From contig CDLV01000014.1 in NCBI GenBank assembly GCA_001244265.2, forward strand, positions 930,001-994,000: DNA of 64,000 nucleotides, read 5' to 3'. Shown here piece after piece: positions 14,198-26,210 of the stretch. Below the pieces are notes generated by a model. The model was not told where the DNA came from. It ran no database searches and saw nothing but the letters and a program-made list of their open reading frames with translations. Position 1 is the stretch's first letter. The number at the start of each line of letters is the position of its first letter. This DNA is from Microbotryum violaceum. Lineage: Eukaryota. The position numbers and the translations under genes were made by a program.

Positions 14198-16072
14198 ATG
14201 GCTGACTATGTACGGCTCCGATCCCACCAACAGTCTCCGACATTGAACGAGCGCCGCTCCGCATCGCCCTCGTCGTGAACGGCGTGCAGTTACACCTGAA
14301 CGGGCGTCATCAAGATGCTGCCGTGGAACCCGCCTTCGTCCTTCACGTCCCAAAGCGACCAGACACATACATTTCGAGGCAGTTATGGTACCCAACAGCA
14401 GCAACATCTACAGCAGCAGCAGCAGCAGCAGCAGCAACAGCAACAGCAGCAACAACAGCAACAACAGGATGACCCGCCTCAGCAGCAGCAGCAACCACCA
14501 CCCCCGCTCGCGCCGATGCAGCCCCCACACATGACGCTCGCCTCGACGCTTCACTTCCTCCAGAGCGAGCATCGACGCTACGCCAAGGACCGCAACGAAT
14601 GGGAGATTGAACGCGCCGAAATGAGAGCGCGCATCGCCTTGCTCGAGGGCGAGAAGCGAGGCAACGAGGGTGCGCTGCGTGATTTAGCGCGGAGGTGCAA
14701 GATGTTGGAGAATGCACTCCGAGGGGAAAGGTCTGTCTGTCTGGCTTGATCTGGTATAGAATACACCTCAGCTTGGCGAAGAGCAAGGACTAATTCATGA
14801 GCATCGACTCTTCGTTACGCAGATCCAAGTTCCTCACTGCGACGAACGCCACTCTTGGAGCGTCGACCCCATCCAACGCATCGGGAACCGCATCCCCTAT
14901 CCCCGGAGGAGGTCCATCTATACCAGGAGGAGTATCGGCAGCGAAAGCAGCCCACCAATTGTCCAACCTCAATCCCGCGTCCGCTCCGAAGGACAAGGAG
15001 GTTTCCGCCGGCGCGAAGGAGGGCCTGGCGCCCGAATCGGTCCCAATGACCTCTTCGACGTCCTCTGCAGGCCCTACAAATGCTGTTGCAGTAGTGGCAA
15101 CGGGTACGACGAGCACTGTAGGTGCTCCACGAGCAGCGAATGTGGGAGCAAATGGCATAGCACCAGCCGGCGGGGCAGGTTCAGGCAACTGGGGAACGAC
15201 GGGCTTGGGAGCCGCAGCAAGAGATCCCCGTGGAAAGGCACGGAGTCGAGACTATCTGAAACAGTAAGTACAATGCGGAAGAGGCGGGAACTGAGCCTCC
15301 CAAGCTCCGATACTGAGCCTCACTACCCACGCTTTGATGTCAACCCAGATGTTTGCAAGAGATCCACTACCTCACCTCCGCGACGACGATGAACCCGCTG
15401 TCATCGACGTCCTTTGCCGCCCCTTCGGTCCCTCGACCGCGCAAAACATTACCGGAACAAGTTCTTCCAAGTGGACCTGGCGTATACAGCATCTCGTTAC
15501 CCCCCTCGGCTCCAAGTGCCGGGGTACCCCCTGCCTCCAGCGTTGCCGCCAACTCGAACGCGCCTACAATCGAAGCCACATCACAATTTCAGCCGCCCCA
15601 TGTCGCGTCGTTGGCACCACATCCAATCACACAGTTCCCTTCGGACCCACCGAGCGCGTTCATACCGCTCAAGCGCACCATTTCTCAACCGGGTGGGATG
15701 CCCCCCGTCTCCGCGAGCATGGAGTCGGATAACCAGATCAACATGCGGAATATTCGCGACACGACACCGACGGCTTACAGCCCGATGGCCACTTCGGCGC
15801 CTTCGACGACATTGCTGAATGACTCGATCACCAAGTCGGATCCCAATGGCGCGCGTCTGCCGACACTTGGGGAGGAGGCGGTGACGATCGACGACAACGA
15901 GCAGGTCGATGAGGGGATCGTTAAGCCTCCGAGTCCTCCGCTCGAAGTACTGCTTTCACCGGTCAACAAGGCGACGACGACCGTCAGTGGGAGCCCCAAA
16001 CTCGAGTATACTCTGACATCGAATGTTGGCGAAGAGGTGAATGGTGTGCAGCATGGGATGACCACGGATTAA
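14198..16072 (+). pseudogene. striatin (Far8/PRO11-like STRIPAK scaffold), N-terminal half only; no WD40 repeats; start codon uncertain (14198 or 14315)
   Basis: TLASTLHFLQSEHRRYAKDRNEWEIERAEMRARIALLEGEKR...RCKMLENALRGER and KARSRDYLKQ-CLQEIHYLT striatin motifs. Frame stops at 16072 and no WD40-coding sequence follows. Confidence 0.75.
14393..14467 (+). repeat. CAG/CAA trinucleotide repeat encoding polyQ in striatin
   Basis: Directly visible (CAR)n tract. Confidence 0.95.
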
Positions 16073-16089
16073 GGCCGATCAGAAGGAGC

Positions 16090-16815
16090 ATTAGATGTCC
16101 AAGAGTGCGCACAAGATTTCTCTTCCGTTGACCCAATATCGTGGAAGCGACAGAATTCGTATTTCGATGACACATTGGTATACAGCTTTTACCTCTGCTT
16201 TCACACGCTTCTCGAGAACGCATGACAACGCTTCTCTCGAGGCGCTTGTTTTCCTAGATTTCTGCTTTCTCCTCCGGGTCCCTCCCTGTGTTCGTGTTTA
16301 ACGTTTCTCTCCCGCACTTTTGAGGCTGCTCCCTTTTTTGTTACTCTTTTGTTCTCTACGATATTTGAATTGCGTGCTCTGAGCCGAAAGTAACAGTGAA
16401 CCAATGTTTCACATATGAGCACAAAGGGATGGTGAAAATGGTGAGGAGTTTTTCTTGGAAATCTTCACTTGCTTCTCGGAACGAGGTGGGACCGGCGAAT
16501 CCTCTTCTTTCACTCGATCTGGAAGCTCTGTCGCCGTCGCCGATTCTCGTCGGATCTTTTTGAACCGATCACCGAAACGGAATCCGAGAGGCTTCGAGCC
16601 TCTATTCAGGAGTCCAAGGGTCGCCTAGTGTCTCTGTAAGCCACCAAAGGGGGTTTTAGTGGGTATGGTTGATCCTGGTTCAGGGTCAATGAGTCCTACA
16701 CTACTGGCTTCTGCCAGTGTGCGTAACAGCATTCCCTCCGACTTTTCCGAAGATTTCCAGGTATTAATATACTTATGCTGTTAATGAAGTCTATCAAATA
16801 AAATAAAATAAAAAG
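16090..16815 (+). mobile_element. possible highly degenerate tyrosine-recombinase retroelement remnant
   Basis: DNASLEALVFLDFCFLLRV resembles YR box I; GENGEEFFL; ends in an A-rich tail (16796-16813). Weak match. Confidence 0.3.
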
Positions 16816-17013
16816 AGAGGGAGCGTGGGAAAAAGATTCGGGCCTCGAGTCTTACTGAAAGAAAAGAAGGTAGATTAGCGTGCCATTGTTACATCTTGTT
16901 GAAAACATCCTTCGATGACTGTAGTGTAGGAATGTGGGGGGGGGGGGGGCGGATCGCGCAATCTCCAGCCTCACAGCGCCGCAGAGGATGCTCAACGCTA
17001 AGCTCGACGCCCA

Positions 17014-17070
17014 TCCCTCTGGGAAGGGCTTGTGAGTTATCGGCGCGCTTGGCCCAGTTGCCCTCCGAAA
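17014..17070 (+). repeat. left TIR core of AcademH-like copy 1
   Basis: TCCCTCTGGGAAGGGCTTGTGAGTTATCGGCGCGCTTGGCCCAGTTGCCCTCCGAAA is the reverse complement of 19695-19751 with 3 mismatches in 57 bp. Confidence 0.92.
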
Positions 17071-17381
17071 ATTTGGCCCTGAAAAGTGCCCCCTTGCTGT
17101 AGCATGGCATATATTGGTGCTGTCTGAAGGCTGGAGGGATACGTCTTTACTTCATCTCTATTGATGAAGCTTCACCGAAGCTTGAAGTCTAGGAACGCTT
17201 GATCATCTCGCTACAGCAGCTTGAATCAAGTGATTCCGAACGAGACGCAGGTCGGCGCACGGACCAGTCGTAGTCCAGTCCGCGTCGCAGGCTGCATAGA
17301 TCCAGGTCACTTAAGCCCGGCTGCGCTTCACGCATCCTTTCTCTCCTCCACTCAACATCGCACCTCCCCTCACGATGAGCC

Positions 17382-18870
17382 ATGTCGGTACAAACACCGA
17401 GGCCGGTTAGGGGACCGCCCTGTCGACATCCATCAATTGAGTTCAGGGCGTCTCCCTTGCGATCAGCTTCAAGGGCCAGTCCTACGACCCCAGCACCGAA
17501 TCATTCAACCAATCCGACAACCGTTCTCGGTCACTGGAGGCCGCGTTTGACTCACGAGGACCGACGAGATTCCAGCGAATTACGCAAGAAGATCAAAGTT
17601 ATTCTGGGCGAAAGTCTTGACGAGGACTCTACCCCCGGCCTGTGCTGATCGAGGCCATTGCTGCACTTTTCGACCTCGATCAATTTGGGAACCGGGATCG
17701 ATATGACGCTGTGTTCGTCACAGCGCCAACAGGTTCAGGCAAAAGTGTTATTTTTGAAGCAATGTATCTCATTTATGGACGCCGGGCCGTCACCATTGTT
17801 GTCAGTCCACTGAATGGACTGAGCAATCATCTGGTCAGTTTTTCTGCCGACTGCAGTGGGCTTGCTGGACCGACATCCGTGCTGATTTCCGCAGTCACAT
17901 GCTTCTTTCAGGCTGCCGATCTCAATCGAAAGGGAAAGAAAGCGGTTGTGGTATCTGAGGAGACCTGGAGAGACGGCGAGCTGTACAGGCAGTTGGACGA
18001 CCCCAATCACACGATCTCCTTCATTTTGATTGTATGTGCCGGTTGACCTCCTGTTTGACATCTGCCCTGGGTCTTGGGATACATTGGCCTCGTGTTCGGA
18101 CTGTGACTTAATACGGTCGGACCACTGTTGAGGACAATATTCAGCGCAAGGGTCGAGGAGGGCGTAGTAGGCAGCGGTCAATTGGGATCACTTTTTTGGA
18201 GCCTCGGAAGGACGCACGTAAAAAGAACGCAGCGAGCAATCCGGAGCAAGACGACACAACTCCAGACGAGATTTCGACTTCCGGTATGCATGGCGACCGT
18301 CCACGACTCGAGCTACTCACTGAGAACGAACTCTCAATCCGTTTTTTCTACGAGTCGAAGGCGTGCTTGCACGCTCTGGCCATCGTCCTATACACGTGAG
18401 TTGAACCCGTCAAGACGCACGGCCATAGATAATCTAATCCCTCGTACTATGGATAAATGCAGGCAAGGCGAGCTTCCGCTGAACGCGGACGATCCTCTCA
18501 TCGTTGCTGAAATGGAGCGTCAAGGAAACATCACCGGCAGATCTTGCCAGTGTGCTCGATGTGATTCTCAAAGCGCCAAGTACATCATCGAACACCTGAG
18601 GTACACCACAGAGGAAAGCTACCACGATTTTTCAAGTTACGACGGGGCAACCATCGAAGCAGACAAGATGAGCCAACCCACACAAAACTCGCAGGTCGAA
18701 AATGCCGAGGACGACTTGGAGGACTTTGCCGATGAACGCGCAACGCAGTCAGTCAATCGGCAGACGAGAGGGCACAATTCGTGGCGTATGAAGTCCCAAC
18801 AACGAGACGAATTTGTCGAGAAACTCCTACTCGAGTACAGGCAATATACTCGGGGCCTGAATTATGGACC
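17382..18870 (+). pseudogene. RecQ-like SF2 helicase remnant (transposon-borne)
   Basis: DAVFVTAPTGSGKS (motif I), TIVVSPLNGL (Ia), C-terminal CLH...CQCARCD Zn-binding segment. Motifs II-VI not found; frameshift near 17640. Confidence 0.8.
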
Positions 18871-18879
18871 GACTGAGAA

Positions 18880-19364
18880 CTGTCTTCGGCGATTGCATCG
18901 AGCCGGGCGTCGATGTAATCGGATGCGAGGACTTCGGGAGCCAAGTCATGGCTAGCGACGAAGGCGCACTTGGTTCGCTTCATCTCTTTAATGATGATTG
19001 AGTCGGCTTGCACGCGGATAAGGCAAGTATTCAGTAGCTTTATTGAATCCGGAGAATCAGTCCAAGAAGTACGAAGCGTTGCCCACCTGCTCGGCGATCC
19101 AGTCATTCGGCTGCTTGACTCTGCGCCATCCTCGCGTGCAAGTCGTAGAATGAGATCAAGTACACACTTGAGGCTGGACCAGTTGCTGTTGAACAGCTTT
19201 GGTCGGTGTGTTTGAACGCCTCCAAATCGTGTGGATGGGCTGAAGTACCACGACAGGTATTGACATAGCGAGAGATCACGGCTACGGAATTCAGCGAATA
19301 GATCCGCCTCGCGGCGGTTGTTCTGGCGAGTTGATGAGGCACGGTGTCTGCTTATTCGGGTCAT
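18880..19364 (-). pseudogene. Academ-type transposase N-terminal fragment
   Basis: MTRISRHR...LSLCQYLSWYFSPST...HRPKLFNSNW...KEMKRTK..FV.SHD.APEVL, homologous to the ORF at 28582-29432. Confidence 0.65.
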
Positions 19365-19694
19365 TTTTGGTTTTAGATATTGTCGCGCTTAATGTGGCCG
19401 ACGGATCATCGTGAAAAGAGGAGAACAGCGAAGCGTACGGAAAGGGATCAAGCCGAACGGAGCAGGCTCGCCGATGATGAGAGCGCCAATTACACGATGC
19501 GCTCGGACCATCGGGGGCCCGATCGACTGAAATCGCAGACTTCGGATCGCTGCAGCTCCACCCACAGCGTATGAAAGCTCTCGCCACTTGGGGTATGTCA
19601 TTTTTAGAGCATAAAGAAAAATTGCGTCCTTCATTTTGGCATGGATGCGCCTACTTGCCAAGTTACAGAGAACCACCCCAGAATGGTCCTGAAA

Positions 19695-19751
19695 TTTCGG
19701 AGGGCAACTGGGCCAAGCGCGCCGATAACTCGTAAGCCCCTCCCAGAGGGA
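19695..19751 (-). repeat. right TIR core of AcademH-like copy 1
   Basis: Inverted partner of 17014-17070. Weaker similarity extends outward (GCTAAGCTC, CCAGC(G)CTCACAG) to 19811. Confidence 0.92.
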
Positions 19752-20496
19752 GGGCTTAGTTGAGCTTAGCTCAACGCCAGCCACCTTCCCTGTGAGCGCT
19801 GGCGGCCGCTAGAAGTTAGCTTATCGCGTGCGCAATGCAAGTTTGATGAGAGCGACCAGAAGCAGGCCGTTCACCCTTCGGTTTCTACTTCTGAAAGGGA
19901 GTGATGTTCTGTAGCAGGTGGCCGAGTAGCTCTCACGTTCTGGCGGTTGAACTCCTAGAAACTACATCTGCAACAGCGGCGCGCGCTTCCAGCATTCCTC
20001 CACAAAGCTTGTCTCTGGAGAAGGTGCCTCATCATGTGTGCCTGGTCATTCCGTTGCGTAATGCACCGTGCTACAGGTCTCCGAGAAATTGCCAAGGCAC
20101 ACGATAAAGATTCCCCACCAGAAGGAGCCTTTTCCGACGCAGGCGCTAGCACAGGACCTGAGTCCTGCATGCGCGGGAGTAGAGCTAAATTTACTTCCAG
20201 AACAGCACGAACCTGTTTCACGCAGTCTAGTCATCTATTTGTGATTATGAGACGTGCCACGCCTTTCCTTTTCCATCTCCGAGCACTTCCAACTTGCTGC
20301 GCGTGGCTTCGCATTACGACTCACAAGTCCCGAGTCGCCGGGGTGAAACCAAGTTCCAGTGGGTTGTGATATACTTAGCCGCGCACTGGACGAGCCCTTC
20401 TCACCTCCTTCTTCGTCCTGCATCCATCCTATTTCGAACGTGTATTGCGACTATTCATTGGAAGGCCGTTCAAGCTCAAGTCACTCGTGGAAAATC

Positions 20497-22135
20497 ATGA
20501 CCGTCGGGGCGCGCGGATCCGGGACAACCTCGCGCAGGGTTTGCCGGTCGCCTCGGGCGCCGAGGAGTCGGCGATCACACCTGATACCCTCTCAAGCCAT
20601 CGTGGGCGCGGTGGGGATTCTATGCCTAGCCGTCAGTTGTTGCACGACTTTGGTCAATGCTGCAGTTTTGCCCAAGCGCGCAGAGCCGATCATGTCGACT
20701 TATTTGGTCAACAAGGTCAAGGGACAGGCGGCGCAAGCTTCGACGGATACGTGAGTTCACCCTCGGCAACTACTCGTCGTCGAGTCGTTCTTGGTGGAAG
20801 AATGCAAATCTGATTCGTAGATCTTTGACTCTCGAATCTGATATTCGTCTACATTGCCTAGCTGGGTGTCGGGGACGTTCACCGAAGCTTTGCTCGAGCT
20901 CTACTACCCTCAACTAACCGTGTTCAATCCAAGTATCTCATCACAACTAGCTGCGACCAGTTTCGCATCCAGCTCTACCCCGAGCGCATCGAACGACATA
21001 ATCGCTTCCTGGGCCAGCCAAAGACCATCTTCCACGAATCAGTTCGCCTACGTTTCAGGAGGGGCCGCGGGAGATCCTGCTTCGCTCGGGTGGGCTTGGA
21101 TCGTCGCTTCAAAAACGGTTGCGAGTAACGCAACCAAGACGAATTATGAGAGTATCGTTCAGCAAGAGATTGGGTACCTTGGGACGGTGCCTAGGACGAG
21201 TGATGGCGCGGTGAGTCACCGCCCGAGCAGCGAGCCCGTACAACTCTGGTCGGATTTCATCTGTAAGTGTTCGGTGCTCGGCTGAAGACGTTGTTTCGGC
21301 GGGGACAGCCTTGACTGATGAAGATAGTTGTACGTGTCAGACATGGTCCCACCTTTTTTGGCTGGTCGAGGTCTGGGAACGAACAACGCGACACTCTTGC
21401 TTCAGGCCTACGCGCAGATCAAGATCTACCGGCGCTACTTGCAAGACCGTCGCACGGGTTTGTGGAAGCATGTTGATTTGGGAAATTGGCAAGACAGTGG
21501 TCTTTGGGCGACAGGTGAGATTGGGAACATTACTACTGATGAGTCCCGGTTCGGAGGAGAGCTAGCCACGCACGCGGATCTGACCCCTGTTCCAACTTCT
21601 TCGATGAGCGCAGGCAACGGCTGGGCAGCCGCAGGCATGACGGGCGTGCTCGCGTCGATGATGCATTCCTCTGCACCAAGTGCATTTACCTCCGAAACTA
21701 ACGATCTTGTTACTTGGATATCGGAGATCATCAATGCGGGTTTTGCTCGGCTTGATGTTAGTCTCGTCTGTTCTAGAGCGAGCCAGATTTAAGGAACCTG
21801 ACGGGCTGCGCTGCTCACGGTCTCAATCTCAGAGCAACGGCATGATCCCCAACTACTTCGATGACTCTAACACCTTTTCTGATTCCGCTTCCTCGGCCCT
21901 CCTTGCCAGCGTCCCCTTCCGACTCGCCCAGCTAGGCCATGGAACCTCAGCACAACTCGCCACCGCTACAGCCTTGCGTGACAAGTTGATCCCCAAGATC
22001 AATACGTCTTCAGGATGGTTGCAAGGTTGCGTCAACCCATTGTCGTGGCAACAGACGTCGAATAGGAGTCCAGAGGCGCAGTCGTTTATTTTGCTGCTCG
22101 AAGCGGCGTATAGGGCCTATTTAGCTTCGCAGTGA
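20497..22135 (+). CDS. glycoside hydrolase family 105/88 (six-hairpin glycosidase), secreted
   Basis: Hydrophobic leader; SWVSGTFTEALLEL, GAAGDPASLG, PRTSDGAVSHR..VQLWSDFI-YMVPPFLA, TGLWKH, WAT-GNGWAAAGM, SPEAQSF. Confidence 0.88.
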
Positions 22136-22562
22136 TAAGCCAGAGTAGCGCAAATATCCGAGCATCGAAGTTTAATTATTTCCCCTGTAGCGTTAGGTCA
22201 CGGCTGTCCCTCGTTTAAAAAGCTGTAATCTTCATCAACATATAGCCTTCCAAGACTCCAGTCATACCGATATAAGTTATTGCATAATGCGAACAGCGAA
22301 GAGAGCAAGAATCCGTGAAAGAAAGTCTAGGATTGTGAGGAAAGGACAAGAGGCGGCAAATCTGATGATACACAGAGGTTGGTACATGATACAAGCTACT
22401 AAAAGAATATGTCACCAGGTCAGCGTTCGTGGGGTGAGGGAAATATGTAGATGCCGCTACTACGGTTGTTTGACATCGCTTTCGCTTGTGCATGCTGCTG
22501 CGAATTTTGCCTCGCTTTGACTAGTTTGGTTCAGGGTGGCGCGACGATGCGAGGGTTGATAC

Positions 22563-25500
22563 TCAGAAAGCCGAAGCACCGCATTTGGTTCCATCGGGGA
22601 TGGCGACGTGTTCGCCTACACCAGAGTACGCATCGGGGTAAACGCACCCTTCGATAGGTTCGTACCAAGGTTCCTCGACCCTATCGACCTCGCCCGTGCT
22701 CTTGGGTCGAGGGCGATACAACCCCTTGGGCCAAGGTAAAGGACTGTTTTTGCCCGTCTTGGACCACCTAGGTAGATCCTTGACGGACAACTGTTGTCCT
22801 TCGAATGTCCCCAGGCCAATCTTCTCGGGTGGCCATTCGTACCCTCCCCGATCCATCTCGCTGCCGGGGTTCTTGCCCAACCCGGCTTGCCAATTCAAGA
22901 GTTGGCCCGAGAAGTGGTACGTCTTCTCTTGAGTGCGGTTGAAGCGCTCGAATTGGCGGCGACAGAAACCGGGGAAGACACGAGGATTTTTGGGAATATA
23001 GCCGTTTAGGAGGCCGTGGCGGTAGGACCACATCGGATTGGCTGGTCGATCAGGGTGCAATAAAGAGGGCCCCGTCTTCCATCTGATCAGAGGCATGCGC
23101 ACGCACAATTCGTCAGTCCCATCTTCAGGGTTTTGACCCGAATTCAGCGTAATCACGACTCACGTCCAATAGAACCAATTCTGGAACGCATCCATATGCG
23201 CCAACGCAATATCCTGCAAGTTGAGCTTCATCTGCTTGCTCCATTGCGTCGAATCCTCCCAAAACTCGCACGCGCCGGGTTCCGCAGCGGCAACGATCTT
23301 GGGATCGCCGTAGGTCCCTTCGAAACGGGTACCGACGTGGACGCCGTTGACGAATCGACCGCAGTCGTTGGTTGCGATTGACCATTCGGCGACCATCGAG
23401 ATGCCAAAAGAGCGCATCGTGCGGTTGAAGTGGCGCATCCAGTTCACGCAGGGCTTAATCGACTGCACTGGCAGAGGATCGGTATTGGGTGTTCGGAAGC
23501 AGAGGTAGCGGTGAGAGTCGAGGGCGACGCGATCCGAGCCCTTCATGAAGCCGTGCCAAACCGCAGTCCCCTTGAAGCCGTCATGATACACGATGACTGG
23601 TCCATTTCCATCACCAAAGCCGGACTCGGCGCGAACGGTATCGTATAGTTTCACGTAACTGCGGGCAGGGACGATGTCTCATTAGCTTGAGGGTTCAGCC
23701 ATCGTCAGTGGAGCACGACTCACAGAGGTCGCAGCGCGGCATGGCCGATGACGTTGAGATAAGGCTCGTTGAGTACACTGAACATTGGGATGATCTGTGA
23801 GTAGAATCGGTAGAATAAGCTTTCGTGGTCCTGATGACAGGGCAAGATGGACGCGAACGCACGTTTCGGTTGACGGGCAAACTGATGAATCTGGCCAGCG
23901 ATCGCACGATGTTGAGCGTGCGCTCGGCGTTGGCGATGCCCATGACGCCATTCATCAAATTGACGGTCCCCGATTTGCCAGAATGGTTCCAGCCGCTGTA
24001 ATATTCAAGCCGTACGTAATCAGCAAAATAGATCCATAAATCATGCTTGCAGGTAGATGAGACCAACTTTGAGGAGCCTGGGACGGTGTGCAGGTCGAGA
24101 TTGATCCTGAGGCCATACTTGCGAGCCCATTCGACCGCTTTCAGGAAATCTATGAGGCACTTCTTGTTTAGTGACTTTGTCTACAACGTAACCGTGTTCC
24201 ACCCAAATAGCCGTGTACTTACAAGTCCAAGAGACATGCGCCAAGAACGGTTCCCCCTCCTGCGTCTCAATCGCCCAATAACTCAATGGGATGCGGACCC
24301 AATTCAATCCTGCGCCTGCGACTTCGGCGAAGTCCTTTTCGGTGATGAAGGTCTCGTAGTGGTGTGTCAGGGTCGCTTTGAGCTTGTTGCCGAGATGAAC
24401 GGATAAAGTGTATTCGTCGACGGCCTCTTGCTCAAAGGCGAGATACGGCTCGTAGAGGTGAGGTGTGATGAAAGGTTCCGGTGTCAACCATCTGTCGGGC
24501 GTGGAAATCAGCAACGTTGTCGCGTCGAGTCTGCAGCGGAGGGAGCACAACTTGAATGCCCGACTCACCCTCCAAAGTTGACGCCTGATATTGTTTGCTT
24601 GGAATAGTCCCATTTTGTCGATAGTGGCGGCGTGTCGGCTTGACACCGTGCTCGGAGACTGTCAGTTCTCGCGTCCCACGTCCCGCCACTGAGCGGAGGA
24701 TTTTCCGCCTTGCGAGGTCAGCAAGCGTCTCGATGCGTGGGCAAGTTGACGCTCGGCACACTCACAAATCGTTTCGATAAATGAACACATTGCCCTTTTC
24801 TGTCCGTATCTTGGACCCATTCTTGCCCTGCTTCGGCCAGAGGTTGCCCTCGTCGTCGAGGATCTCCTGTGGCTTCCACCAGTGATGCCGCAGCCGTTGC
24901 GGCTCAACGCCTAGATCCCCGTCCACATTAGAAGTCCCACTGTGGGCCGCTGCTCCCTGTTCACCATTGAGCCTCCACCGATCAAACGAGGGAGGCGATG
25001 TCGAGATCCTTCTCCCGGCGCCATGGCTCGAGGCGGAGTACGCCCCACCGCGTCGGCTCGAGCTGGCATAGGTGAGCGAGACGAGGGCGAGCGGGAGCAG
25101 AACGATCCAGCTCTTGCGTTTTAGTATCCACGGGGAGAGAGTCGAAGCCGGGTTGGGTGCGCCCCATTTGGGGTCCGAGATAGACGACCGTCGCGTGGTG
25201 GTGTGCGAGGTCGAAGGCGGGCGCGACGAGGGCCCCGAGGCGATCGGCAGCGTATACGGTGGCGAGGGGGAGCGTGTCCCAACCCAGGAAGGGGAGGTCG
25301 GTCTGAGCATCGGCGATGTGCTTTCGTCGTGGGAGGCATAGGCTTCGAACTCCCCGTAGGGGGATTGCGGAGTCGATGTCGCCGACGAGGACGTGCCTAC
25401 GCCCATACCCACACCCGTGCTGGCGGTGCCGGGCCCCGACGAGGAGCGAGCGGGGTCGAGTTGCAAGACCATGTGATTCTGGTGCGGCGACGCGGTTGTC

Positions 25501-25601
25501 GAGGCCTGACTCGGTGGGTAGGATGGTATAGAATGGGGTGTGAGTCTGACCTCGCGTGGAAAAGAGCTGGGCCAGGTCGGAGTGTGTGGCGGTGTGGTCA
25601 T
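22563..25601 (-). CDS. GH5 exo-1,3-beta-glucanase with N-terminal membrane anchor
   Basis: IRGVNFGG-WLTPEPFITP, HYETFITEKDFAEVAGAGLNWVRIP, LDLHTVPG, GWNHSG, LNEP (acid/base), VAEWS (nucleophile), WFYWT-WK. Transmembrane segment WIVLLPLALVSLTYA. Confidence 0.9.
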
Positions 25602-26210
25602 GGCTGCTGATCAGTGTCAGTGCTGGCGGCGCTGTGTCCCGTCGGCGCGTGGTGCTTTGCTCGCGCTTCGTTCCAGGCGATTTCCGAGCTCGACCCTGAG
25701 CCTCCGTCGACTCGTTGTCCTGTTTCGGCAAGCACAGCGACGCTCCCCACGACTACTTGGCACCAGTAGTCTAGCGCGAGATCGCAGTCAAGCTGTCCGG
25801 TGAGATATGAGGGTGGTGCAGTGTGGTGCGAGGGGTGGACGATCTCTCGTCTCGAGTCTCGACCAAACAGTGTGAGCCGGTTACGAGCCAGTCACAAGGC
25901 AGATCTGAGAGTCCGCCGTCTTATAAAAGAGTCCCGGAGCGCCGGAAACTCGAGAGCCCACGGTGAGAGTGAAATGCGGACTCCGGAGCGCGTCGAAAAA
26001 CCGCGTCGCAGCCGCGTGTTCGGTCGGAAGCTCTTGTAAGAGGCCGTCCGCTCTCGAACTTTCAGCAGCGCTTTCTACATCAACTTGCCTCTTTCATTTT
26101 TCATTGCCATCGTCGTGACGCTCTGCAGGAAGCTCAAGAAACCTTCTGGGACCCGTCAGGAAAAGCTGGACCCAGTCGACTTTTTGGGCAACTTCATCTT
26201 CTCCGCCTGA

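Larger units (their letters stand above)
16960..19811. mobile_element. AcademH-like DNA transposon, internally deleted copy 1
   Basis: Terminal inverted repeats (17014-17070 vs 19695-19751) and a right end finishing in CTA (19809-19811). RecQ-like helicase on + converges with a transposase N-terminus on -. Left end is imprecise. Confidence 0.75.

Noticed and set aside
17382-18870. Host SGS1/RecQ helicase gene
   Set aside because: It lies inside TIRs, is duplicated at 29433-29832, lacks core motifs and is paired with a transposase fragment.
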